From contig CBDEFM010000001.1 in assembly GCA_965237415.1 (NCBI GenBank), positions 64,001 through 128,000 on the forward strand: a DNA stretch of 64,000 nt. Reading direction: 5' to 3'. How positions within the stretch are numbered: the stretch's first letter is position 1; every line of letters starts with the position of its first letter. Under the pieces are notes generated by a model. The model saw only the letters and a program-made list of their open reading frames with translations. It did not search any database and was not told where the DNA came from. Origin of the DNA: Alphaproteobacteria bacterium. GTDB lineage: Bacteria; Pseudomonadota; Alphaproteobacteria; UBA828. This document shows, one piece after another, positions 54,833 through 64,000 of the stretch. The position numbers were made by a program, and so were the translations under genes.

Positions 54833-55825
54833 GTGAGCGGCGTCGCCACCCTGGAGATCGCACCCGAGGACGGCGCTCAGCGGCTCGACCGCTGGTTCAA
54901 GCGGCACTACCCCGCCATCGGGCACGGGCGCCTGGAGAAGCTGCTGCGCACCGGCCAGATCCGCGTGAACGGCAAGCGCGCCCGCGCCGGCACCCGACTG
55001 GCGTCAGGCGACCGGGTCCGCGTGCCGCCGCTTCCCGAAGGCGGCGAGGACCGCGCGCCGCGCCGCGCCCTGCCGCCGATGGACGAGGCGGATGTCGACA
55101 TGGTGCAGGCGGCGGTCATCTACCGCGACGGCGATATGATCGCGCTCAACAAGCCGCCCGGCCTGCCGGTGCAGGGCGGCAGCCGCGTCGCCCGCCACCT
55201 CGACGCGATGCTCGACGCGCTCCGCTTCGACGCAGCGGATGCGCCACGTCTCGTCCACCGGCTCGACCGCGACACCAGCGGCGTTCTCCTGCTCGCCCGC
55301 CACGCGGCAGCGGCGCGAGAGCTCACCGCCCTCTTTCGCAGTCGGCAGTTGCAAAAACTCTATTGGGCACTGGTCGTTGGCGTGCCGAAGCCGACGCAGG
55401 GACGGATCGACGCGCCGCTCGCGAAGCGTCAGGTGGGCGCGGGCGAGCGGGTGATCGCGACCGCGAAGGGCGGCCAGCGCGCGATAACGGACTACGCACT
55501 GATCGATACGGCCGGACGGCGCCTCTCCTGGCTCGCGCTCATGCCGCGCACGGGCCGCACCCATCAGCTCCGCGCCCACACCGCGTCGGTCTTCGACCAC
55601 CCCGTCGTCGGCGACGGCAAGTACGGCGGCGAAGCGGCGTTCCCGGCCGGCTTCGAGCCCCGCTTGCACCTCCACGCCCGTGCGCTGGCGCTTCCCCGGC
55701 CCGGCGGCAAGGCGTTGGTTCTCACCGCGCCGCTGCCGGCGCACATGGCCGCCGCGTGGCGCTTTCTGGGCTTCGATCCGGAGCCTGCCGAAGACCATTT
55801 TGCGCTCTTCGAGGCCGCGCCGTGA
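54833..55825 (+). CDS. RluA-family pseudouridine synthase with S4 domain (RluC-like)
   Basis: RLDRWF, NKP.GL.VQGG, HRLDRDTSG and TGRTHQLR motifs. Confidence 0.92.
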   Translation: MSGVATLEIAPEDGAQRLDRWFKRHYPAIGHGRLEKLLRTGQIRVNGKRARAGTRLASGDRVRVPPLPEGGEDRAPRRALPPMDEADVDMVQAAVIYRDGDMIALNKPPGLPVQGGSRVARHLDAMLDALRFDAADAPRLVHRLDRDTSGVLLLARHAAAARELTALFRSRQLQKLYWALVVGVPKPTQGRIDAPLAKRQVGAGERVIATAKGGQRAITDYALIDTAGRRLSWLALMPRTGRTHQLRAHTASVFDHPVVGDGKYGGEAAFPAGFEPRLHLHARALALPRPGGKALVLTAPLPAHMAAAWRFLGFDPEPAEDHFALFEAAP

Positions 55826-56532
55826 GCGGAACCAAGCCGAAGCGCTTCTACGACACGGCAACGGCAGTGGAAGCCGCCGGCGGGCACGGGATCGCGCTCG
55901 ACGGCAAGCCGGTACGCACGCCTGCCGGCCGGCCGCTGGCAATGCCGGGCGCGGCGCTTGCGGGTGCGCTCGCTGAGGAATGGGACGCGCAGGGGGAGAC
56001 CATCGACCGCGAGACCATGCCGCTCACCCGCCTCGTCTGCACCGGGCTGGACTTGGTGCCTGAGAAGCGGACGGACATCGTGGCCGAGGTCGCGGCCTAT
56101 GCCGAGACAGACCTCGTCTGCTATCGCACCGACGAGCCGCCGACCCTCGCCCGGCGCCAGGCAGCCGCGTGGCAGCCGCTGGTGGCCTGGGCGGCGGAGC
56201 GGTACGGCGCCGACCTTGCGGTCACGACCTCGATTACCCCCATCTCGCAGACGCCGGACGCGTTAGCCGCGCTTCGTGACGCCGTCGAGGCGGAAAACGA
56301 CTTTGCGCTTGCTGCGCTAAGCCTTGCCGCCCGGAGCTTCGGCTCGGTGGTGATCGCGTTCGCCATGCGCGAGGCGCGGCTCGATGCAGAGGCCGCCGCC
56401 GACGCCTCGCTGATCGACGAGCGCTATCAGCTTGAGCGCTGGGGCGAGGACGCGGAGCTTGCCGCCCGCTGCGCCCGCGTCGCCCGCGACGCGGCGGACG
56501 CCGAGCGCCTGTTTCGCCTCCTCGCCGCCTGA
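55822..56532 (+). CDS. ATP12 family chaperone
   Basis: KRFY, LDGKPVRTP, EWDAQ, MPLTRL, TDL.CYR and Q...WG.D motifs. Confidence 0.9.
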   Translation: MSGTKPKRFYDTATAVEAAGGHGIALDGKPVRTPAGRPLAMPGAALAGALAEEWDAQGETIDRETMPLTRLVCTGLDLVPEKRTDIVAEVAAYAETDLVCYRTDEPPTLARRQAAAWQPLVAWAAERYGADLAVTTSITPISQTPDALAALRDAVEAENDFALAALSLAARSFGSVVIAFAMREARLDAEAAADASLIDERYQLERWGEDAELAARCARVARDAADAERLFRLLAA

Positions 56533-56639
56533 CCGGACGCGTCGGATGGCGCGGTGGCGCTTGCATCGGACAGGGCCTGCGGATAGGGTGGCGCCACGGT
56601 GGGCGGGCGGCAGCCGGCTCACCATTAGGAGAATGACCC

Positions 56640-57026
56640 ATGGCGCGCGTGACGGTCGAAGATTGCGTTGGCATGGTGCCGAACCGGTTCGAGCTCGTGC
56701 TGCTCGCGGCGCGGCGCGCCCGCGACATCCGCTCGGGCGCCGAGCTTACGGTCGAGCGGGATAACGACAAGAACGCCGTCGTCGCGCTCCGCGAAATCGC
56801 GGAGGAGGCGATCGATCTCGAAACGCTCCGTTACGATCTCGAGCATGGGCGGGAAGTCGATACCGAGATCGACGAGCCGGACGAAGACACCATGGCGGTG
56901 TTGGCGGCCGAGGCTGCCTGGGCCGGCGTGACCGCCCAGACGACGACCGGCGAGGAGGCAGGCGCGCACGTCGACGAGGCCGACCCATCCGGACCGCCGG
57001 AGACCGCGGCGAAAGCCGAGGAGTAG
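56640..57026 (+). CDS. rpoZ: RNA polymerase omega subunit
   Basis: [20 protein letters not shown] and DK..VVALREI motifs. Confidence 0.96.
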   Translation: MARVTVEDCVGMVPNRFELVLLAARRARDIRSGAELTVERDNDKNAVVALREIAEEAIDLETLRYDLEHGREVDTEIDEPDEDTMAVLAAEAAWAGVTAQTTTGEEAGAHVDEADPSGPPETAAKAEE

Positions 57027-57117
57027 CGCCGGCCGGCGGCGCACTGGGCGCGGCGCGGCCGCTGCCCGCACCCCTGCGGAGGGCTTCCGCCGGCGCCGGC
57101 GGGGCATATCAGCGGCT

Positions 57118-59268
57118 GTGATCCGGCAATACGAACTCGTCGAGCGCGTCAAGAGCTACGAGCCCGCAGCGGACGAAGCTCTGCTCAACCGTGCCTACGT
57201 CTTCTCGATGAAGGCGCACGGCGCGCAGACCCGCGCCAGCGGCGACCCCTATTTCGCCCATCCGATCGAGGTCGCCGGCATCCTGACCGAGCTCAAGCTA
57301 GACAGCACGTCGATCGCGACCGCGCTGCTCCACGACACCGTGGAGGACACGGGCACCACAGTCGAGCAGATCGGCACGCTGTTCGGCGAGGAGACCGCGC
57401 GGCTCGTTGACGGCGTGACCAAGTTGAGCCGGCTGGAGCTGCAATCCGATCAGGCGCATCAGGCCGAGAACCTGCGTAAGTTCCTGCTCGCGCTGTCGGA
57501 AGACATCCGCGTTCTCCTTGTTAAGCTCGCCGACCGGCTGCACAACATGCGCACGCTCCATTACGTGCCGGACGAGCGAAAGCGGCAGCGGATCGCCAAG
57601 GAGACGATGGAGATATACGCGCCGCTCGCGGAGCGCATCGGCCTGCAGGCCTTCAAGGCGGAGCTCGAAGATCTCGCCTTCAAGGAGCTCAACCCCGACG
57701 GCTTCCACACCATGGAGACGCGGCTCAAGGCGCTCCGCGATCAGGCCGGCGGCATGGTCGAGCGGGTCACCGAGTCCCTTACCGCGACGCTCAGGAAGCA
57801 GCGGCTCCGGGCAACGGTCGCGGGCCGGGAAAAGCGGCCCTACTCCATTTGGGAAAAGATGCAGCGCAAGAAGCTCGCCTTCGAGCAGCTTACCGATATT
57901 GTGGGCTTCCGCGTCGTCACCGACAGCGAAGAGGATTGCTACCGGGCGCTCGGTATCGTGCACCGTGCCTATCCGATGGTGCCGGGCCGCTTCAAGGACT
58001 ACATCTCGACGCCCAAGCCCAACGGGTACCGCTCGCTCCACACCGCGGTGATCGGGCCCGAGCAGCGCCGCATCGAAATCCAGATTCGCACCCGCGACAT
58101 GCACGAAGAGGCCGAGTACGGCGTCGCGGCCCATTGGCTGTTCAAGCAGGCGGGCGACGTCCGCGACGTCCGTCAGCAGCGCTGGCTTCGCCCGTTGCTC
58201 GAAATCCTCGACAAGGCCTCGGGGCCCGAGGAGCTGCTCGAGCACACCAAGCTCGAGATGTTTCAGGACGAGGTGTTCTGCTTCTCGCCGCGCGGGGCGC
58301 TGATCTCGCTGCCGCGCGGCGCAACGCCGGTCGATTTCGCCTATGCGGTGCACACCGATGTGGGCGACACGACGGTCGGCGCCAAGGTCAACGGGCGCAT
58401 GGTGCCGCTCTGGACCCAGCTGGAGAACGGCGATCAGGTGGAGATCCTGCGCTCGCGGGTCCCCCAGCCGCAGCCGGCCTGGGAACGATTTGTGGTGACC
58501 GGCAAGGCGCGAACCTGCATCCGCCGCTTCACCCGGCTCCAGGAGCGGGAACAGTTCATCGCCCTCGGCCGGGCCGTCGCCGAAAAACTCTGCCGCGAGG
58601 CCGGCGCGGATTACTCCGAGGCGCTGCTGGAGGGTGCGCTCTCCCGCCTCAAGCAGCGCTCCGTGAGCGACCTGCTGGCCGCCCTCGGGCGCGGCGATCT
58701 CACCAGCGGCGAAGTCGCCGACGCCCTCTTCCCCGCCCGCAGTCTCCAGGGCATCGCGCGCCGCGCGCTCTCGGTCGCGCGCGGCCGGCGCGGCACCAAG
58801 GCCGGCGACCGCGGCATCCCCGTGCGCGGCCTGATTCCGGGCATGGCCGTGCATCTCGCCGAGTGCTGCAACCCGTTGCCCGGCGAGCGCATCGTCGGCA
58901 TCGTCACCACCGGCAAGGGTGTGACGATCCACACCATCGACTGCGACACGCTAGAGAGTTTTGGGGACACGCCCGAGCGTTGGCTCGATCTCGCCTGGGA
59001 AGGGGACGCGGAAGAAAAGGGAGTCCATGTCGGCCGTCTCAACCTGGTGGTCGCCAACGAAACCGGGAGCCTCAGCCAGTTGACCACCGCGATCGCCAAG
59101 AACAATGGCAACATCAGCAACCTCAAGATCACCAAACGCTCGCTGGATTTCTTCGAGATGCTGGTCGATATCGAGGTCAAGGACGCCAGACACCTGGGCA
59201 ACATCATGGCAGCCTTGCGGGCGGTAACGACAGTGAGCAGTGTGGAGCGCGAGCGGGCGCGCCATTAG
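57118..59268 (+). CDS. spoT: Bifunctional (p)ppGpp synthetase/hydrolase (RSH)
   Basis: [38 protein letters not shown]; TGS, CC and ACT domains. Confidence 0.95.
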   Translation: MIRQYELVERVKSYEPAADEALLNRAYVFSMKAHGAQTRASGDPYFAHPIEVAGILTELKLDSTSIATALLHDTVEDTGTTVEQIGTLFGEETARLVDGVTKLSRLELQSDQAHQAENLRKFLLALSEDIRVLLVKLADRLHNMRTLHYVPDERKRQRIAKETMEIYAPLAERIGLQAFKAELEDLAFKELNPDGFHTMETRLKALRDQAGGMVERVTESLTATLRKQRLRATVAGREKRPYSIWEKMQRKKLAFEQLTDIVGFRVVTDSEEDCYRALGIVHRAYPMVPGRFKDYISTPKPNGYRSLHTAVIGPEQRRIEIQIRTRDMHEEAEYGVAAHWLFKQAGDVRDVRQQRWLRPLLEILDKASGPEELLEHTKLEMFQDEVFCFSPRGALISLPRGATPVDFAYAVHTDVGDTTVGAKVNGRMVPLWTQLENGDQVEILRSRVPQPQPAWERFVVTGKARTCIRRFTRLQEREQFIALGRAVAEKLCREAGADYSEALLEGALSRLKQRSVSDLLAALGRGDLTSGEVADALFPARSLQGIARRALSVARGRRGTKAGDRGIPVRGLIPGMAVHLAECCNPLPGERIVGIVTTGKGVTIHTIDCDTLESFGDTPERWLDLAWEGDAEEKGVHVGRLNLVVANETGSLSQLTTAIAKNNGNISNLKITKRSLDFFEMLVDIEVKDARHLGNIMAALRAVTTVSSVERERARH

Positions 59269-59414
59269 CCACTGAACCGAACCGAAGCCGCAAGGATTCG
59301 GCGCTGTGCCTGCGGGCGCCGCACCGAGCCAAATTGTGTAATTGCGGCTCTGGCCGTATATTCCACGCGCCCCAGCCGGAGACCGGCGCGGGGTCGAATA
59401 TGGAGGGAGACGGG

Positions 59415-60749
<1,335 letters not shown>

Positions 60750-60766
60750 CCATACGCCTGAGAGAC

Positions 60767-60842
60767 TGGCGTCCCCAGGGGGACTCGAACCCCCGTTTCC
60801 GGCGTGAGAGGCCGGTGTCCTAGGCCACTAGACGATGGGGAC
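60767..60842 (-). tRNA. tRNA-Glu (anticodon CTC)
   Basis: Minus strand GTCCCCATCGTCTAGTGGCCTAGGAC A CCGGC-CTCTCAC-GCCGG ... GGTTCGAGTCC ... TGGGGACGCCA; 76 nt with encoded CCA. Confidence 0.95.
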
Positions 60843-60995
60843 GCGGCCCACCGGAGATAACCCAGAACGGCCGCGAACTCAACTGCCGGTCCGGACGGCC
60901 CTGTCAGCATCGCGGTCGGTCTTGCGCACCTTGGTTGAGGACGTTTTGGATTTCGTGGGCCCGGCGGCGGTGCGGCCGGGAGGAGGCGGTTCCCG

Positions 60996-62021
60996 ATGTT
61001 CGAGGAGCTGGGATTCGAGGAACTGACACCGATCACAGCCTCGGTCGTGCTGGGTCTGGTGCTCGGCTGCGCCTATGGCGCCTTGGCGCAGCGCAGTGCC
61101 TTCTGCCTGCGCCGCAGCCTGGTCGGCCAGTGGCGCGATTGTCTGCCGGCGCTGGGCGCCTGGGCGATGGCACTGGCGTGTGCGATTGCCGGAACCCGGC
61201 TGGCCGTTGCCACCGACCTGATCTCCTTCGAGGCGCACCGATTTCTCGCGTCCGACGTGCCGGTCGCTTCCGCGCTGTTGGGCGGCGCGCTATTCGGCGC
61301 CGGAATGGTGCTGACGGGAGGCTGCGTTTCGCGCCTTACGGTGCTGGTCGGCACAGGTAATTTGCGCGCCCTGTTCGTCCTGCTCGTCTTCGCCGTCACC
61401 GCCCATGCGGTGATGAAAGGTGCGTTGGCGCCAGTGCGTGAGGCGCTCGGCGCCGCAACCATTCATGGTGGAGAGGCAACAGCGCTCACGGTACTGCCCG
61501 GCGGCGAGGTCTGGCCGCTCGTCCTTGCGGCCGCAGCAGCAACTCTTGCCTTCTTCTCCGGCGCTCGAATCTCCCATCTGGCGATGGCTGGTGCGATCGG
61601 GCTGCTGGTGCCGCTCGGCTGGATCGGCACGGGGTTCGTGCTGCTGGACGATTTCGATCCGATCCCCGTGCAGTCGATGGGCTTCACGGGGCCGATGGCC
61701 GACACGCTGTTCTGGGCCGTGGCGGCGACATCGATTCCGGCAGGCTTCGGCACAGGCCTTGCGGCCGGCGTCTTGGTCGGCAGCCTGGTGGCGGCGCTGG
61801 CGGCCGGCGAGTTCCATTGGCAGAGCCTGGAAGGCCCGCGGCAGACCGGGCGTTACCTTGCCGGCGCCGTGATGATGGGTGTGGGCGGCGTGCTGGCGGG
61901 CGGCTGCACGGTCGGCGCCGGTCTTTCCGGCGTCTCGACGGCAAGCCTTGCCGCCCTGCTCGCGCTCGCCGCCATGGCAGCCTCGGCGAGGGCCGTAGGC
62001 GTGCTCCTCGCCGCCCGCTAG
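60996..62021 (+). CDS. YeeE/YedE (SoxT-like) sulfur transporter
   Basis: FCLR, FG.GM.L.GGC and MG.GGVLAGGC..G motifs (three conserved Cys). Confidence 0.88.
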   Translation: MFEELGFEELTPITASVVLGLVLGCAYGALAQRSAFCLRRSLVGQWRDCLPALGAWAMALACAIAGTRLAVATDLISFEAHRFLASDVPVASALLGGALFGAGMVLTGGCVSRLTVLVGTGNLRALFVLLVFAVTAHAVMKGALAPVREALGAATIHGGEATALTVLPGGEVWPLVLAAAAATLAFFSGARISHLAMAGAIGLLVPLGWIGTGFVLLDDFDPIPVQSMGFTGPMADTLFWAVAATSIPAGFGTGLAAGVLVGSLVAALAAGEFHWQSLEGPRQTGRYLAGAVMMGVGGVLAGGCTVGAGLSGVSTASLAALLALAAMAASARAVGVLLAAR

Positions 62022-62036
62022 CGCTCGGCAGCCGCT

Positions 62037-62067
62037 GCGGCGTTTCCGCTCGGAGCAGAAACGCCGC
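62037..62067. terminator. Hairpin between convergent yeeE and soxF
   Basis: GCGGCGTTTC / GAAACGCCGC perfect 10-bp stem; no strong U tract. Confidence 0.4.
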
Positions 62068-62075
62068 CAACAGGC

Positions 62076-63371
62076 TCAGCTGAACATGTCCCCGATGATG
62101 GCGGCGTACCAGCCGAGCGATTCTCCGTAGGTCGCCTTGCGCAGCTCCGCGCTTTCCCCGGTCTGGGAAATGAAGCCGTCGGTCTTGGCAATCTTCTCGT
62201 CGGTCGCTTCGTAGGAGGCACCGACCTTGACGCCGTCATCGGTGCCGATGAGCGACCAGCAGGTGTTGGAGTAGCGCGGCGGGAACACCGTGGACCCGGT
62301 GAGCGCCCCGCGCACCGCCATGGCACAGACCTTCGCCTGGCTGTTGGCCGAGAAGCCCGACTTCGGCATGTCGCCCTGCAGCGCGGCGTCGCCCAGCACA
62401 TGGATATTGTCGTCTGCCCGGCTCTGCATGGTGTGCGGCACGATCGGCGCCCAGCCGGACTCGTCGGTGATGTCCGCAAGCGCTGCGATGCGCCCCGCCT
62501 GCTGCGCGGGGATGACGTTGCAGACATCCACCTTCATCGCCTCGCCGTCCACCACCACTTCCATGGTGTCGGGCCGCACCTCGACCTTATCGCCGCCGAA
62601 GTCCGGCCCGATGCGCTCGACCATGCCAGCGTAGTGGCGCTGCCAGCCGTCCTCGAACAACCCCTGCTTGGAGAACTTCTCCTTGGGATCGACGATCAGG
62701 ATCTTCGCCGTCGGATTGGCGTGCTTCAGGACATGGGCCACCATCGAGATCCGCTCGTAGGGCCCCGGCGGGCAGCGGAACGGGTTCGGCGGGGCCACCA
62801 TGCAATAGGTGCCTCCCTGCGGCATGGCCTCGATCTGCGCCTTGAGAAGTTGGGTCTGCGAGCCCGCCTTGTAGGCGTGCGGCATGCGGTTCTGCTGCGA
62901 CAGGTCCCAGCCGGGAACGGACCCATCGCGGAAGTCGATGCCCGGCGAGAGCACGAGGCGGTCGTAGGCCAGGCTGCCCCCGCCCGCGAGCCCCACGCTG
63001 CGCTTGTCGCGGTCGATGGAGACCGCCCAGTCGTGCACCACGTTGATCCCGTGATTTGCGGCCAGCGCGCCGTAGCTGTGCCCGATCGACGTCCAGTCGC
63101 GGAAGCCGCCGATATAGAGGTTCGAGAAGAAGCAGGTGTAGTAGACGCGGCTCGGTTCCACGAGCGTTACATCCACAGCACCCTTCGAATCCTTGGCGAT
63201 GTAGCGCGCAGCCGTTGCACCGCCCGCGCCGCCGCCCACGACCACGACGCGGGGGCGGCCCTCGGCGAGCACCGCCGGCGCCGACAGCGCCGATACCGCC
63301 GTTGTCGCCGCGGCCGCGGATGCAAGGAATCCGCGGCGGCTCAGACCGCTCTTTCCGTTCTGTTTGCTCAT
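62076..63371 (-). CDS. soxF: Flavocytochrome c sulfide dehydrogenase flavoprotein subunit
   Basis: Tat signal SRRGFL; VVVGGG.GG, CFFSN, RCPPGPYER, MPKS.FSANSQ and NTCWS motifs. Confidence 0.9.
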   Translation of the reverse strand: MSKQNGKSGLSRRGFLASAAAATTAVSALSAPAVLAEGRPRVVVVGGGAGGATAARYIAKDSKGAVDVTLVEPSRVYYTCFFSNLYIGGFRDWTSIGHSYGALAANHGINVVHDWAVSIDRDKRSVGLAGGGSLAYDRLVLSPGIDFRDGSVPGWDLSQQNRMPHAYKAGSQTQLLKAQIEAMPQGGTYCMVAPPNPFRCPPGPYERISMVAHVLKHANPTAKILIVDPKEKFSKQGLFEDGWQRHYAGMVERIGPDFGGDKVEVRPDTMEVVVDGEAMKVDVCNVIPAQQAGRIAALADITDESGWAPIVPHTMQSRADDNIHVLGDAALQGDMPKSGFSANSQAKVCAMAVRGALTGSTVFPPRYSNTCWSLIGTDDGVKVGASYEATDEKIAKTDGFISQTGESAELRKATYGESLGWYAAIIGDMFS

Positions 63372-63388
63372 CACGCGTTTCCCTTGGT

Positions 63389-64000
63389 TCACGGGTCGTC
63401 GTCCGCCCTGTGCAAATATGCAGCGAGAGCGGCGATCTCCTCGTCCGACAAGCGCCCGGCCACAAGCTGCATGACGGGATGGACCCTCTTTCCGCGCTTG
63501 TAGGCGTGCAAGGCTATCACGAAGTCATCGGGCGGCCATCCGGTTATCGAGGGGATGCCCTCGTCGGCTCCGTCCGTCCGGTGGCAGGTGGTGCATTCCC
63601 CTGCAAGATAGGCGCCGTATTCGGGGTCTCCCCGGATGGCGAGGATTTTCGGGTCGAGGCCGTATTCCTCGGGCGTGGCGGTCGGCTCCGCCGGCGGAAG
63701 ATCGGAGCGGTTACCGGAGAAGCCGCGTAGCCATGCCAGCAGGTACACCCTGTCGTCCGCTCCCGCCATGCCTGCAAAGCTCATGCGCGAGCTCGGCACG
63801 AGTGCGGGCGGGTCGGAGAGGAACGCATCCAGTGTCGCCTCGGTCCAGACCAGGCCGCCGGCACCGGCAGCCTTCATCGCCTGGGAGTAGCGAAAATCCG
63901 CGAGCGAGCCGGCCGCGCGGCCGAAGACATCGTTCAGGTGCGGGCCGATCCGATGCTCCGCGCCGCCGCCCACCTGATGGCAACGCTTGCATTGGCCGAA
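63389..64000 (-). CDS. soxE: Dihaem cytochrome c, partial (N-terminus beyond window)
   Basis: Reading from the edge: FGQCKRCHQVG...IGPHLN (c2-type domain), then ECTTCH...M in a second domain; upstream of soxF. Confidence 0.8.
   Translation of the reverse strand, partial: FGQCKRCHQVGGGAEHRIGPHLNDVFGRAAGSLADFRYSQAMKAAGAGGLVWTEATLDAFLSDPPALVPSSRMSFAGMAGADDRVYLLAWLRGFSGNRSDLPPAEPTATPEEYGLDPKILAIRGDPEYGAYLAGECTTCHRTDGADEGIPSITGWPPDDFVIALHAYKRGKRVHPVMQLVAGRLSDEEIAALAAYLHRADDDP

Noticed and set aside
57849-59399. Apparent 500-aa N-terminal extension of citrate synthase
   Set aside because: Out-of-frame overlap with rsh; the real start near 59400-59415 has its own RBS.
60750-60842. tRNA-anchored genomic island
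   Set aside because: The tRNA 3' end abuts gltA; no integrase or duplicated tRNA 3' end seen in the window.

Overview
High-GC alphaproteobacterial chromosome segment (Rhodospirillales-like gene content; taxonomy is inferred from gene content only). Housekeeping blocks: partial popZ-like gene, fur-olsB-olsA, rimI-tsaB, nfuA, usp, tauE, trpS-murJ-glnD, rseP-bamA-skp-lpxD-fabZ-lpxA-lpxI-lpxB, cobT/cobS/cobC-like, rarA-crcB-rluC-ATP12, rpoZ-rsh, gltA, tRNA-Glu(CUC), and the edge of a sox cluster (YeeE/SoxT-like, SoxF, SoxE). A central accessory region of about 24 kb (26-50 kb) is devoted to amine/amide catabolism. It holds a fold-IV (R)-amine-transaminase-like gene, an amidase-GGT-racemase operon, a VapBC45-like TA pair and a divergent GntR-associated locus. 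That locus joins a non-canonical N-methylglutamate-pathway-like operon (FAD oxidoreductase, gamma-glutamyl-amine synthetase, GlxBCD-like trio, unknown 130-aa protein) to a PotABCD-like transporter and a two-subunit dimethylformamidase; it is the best candidate for an undescribed system. Three small non-coding repeat families are visible: a CTAG-flanked MITE, a 104-bp multi-hairpin element in two copies with compensatory base changes, and a ~110-bp REP-dimer element. All family assignments come from motif recognition by eye, with no database search.
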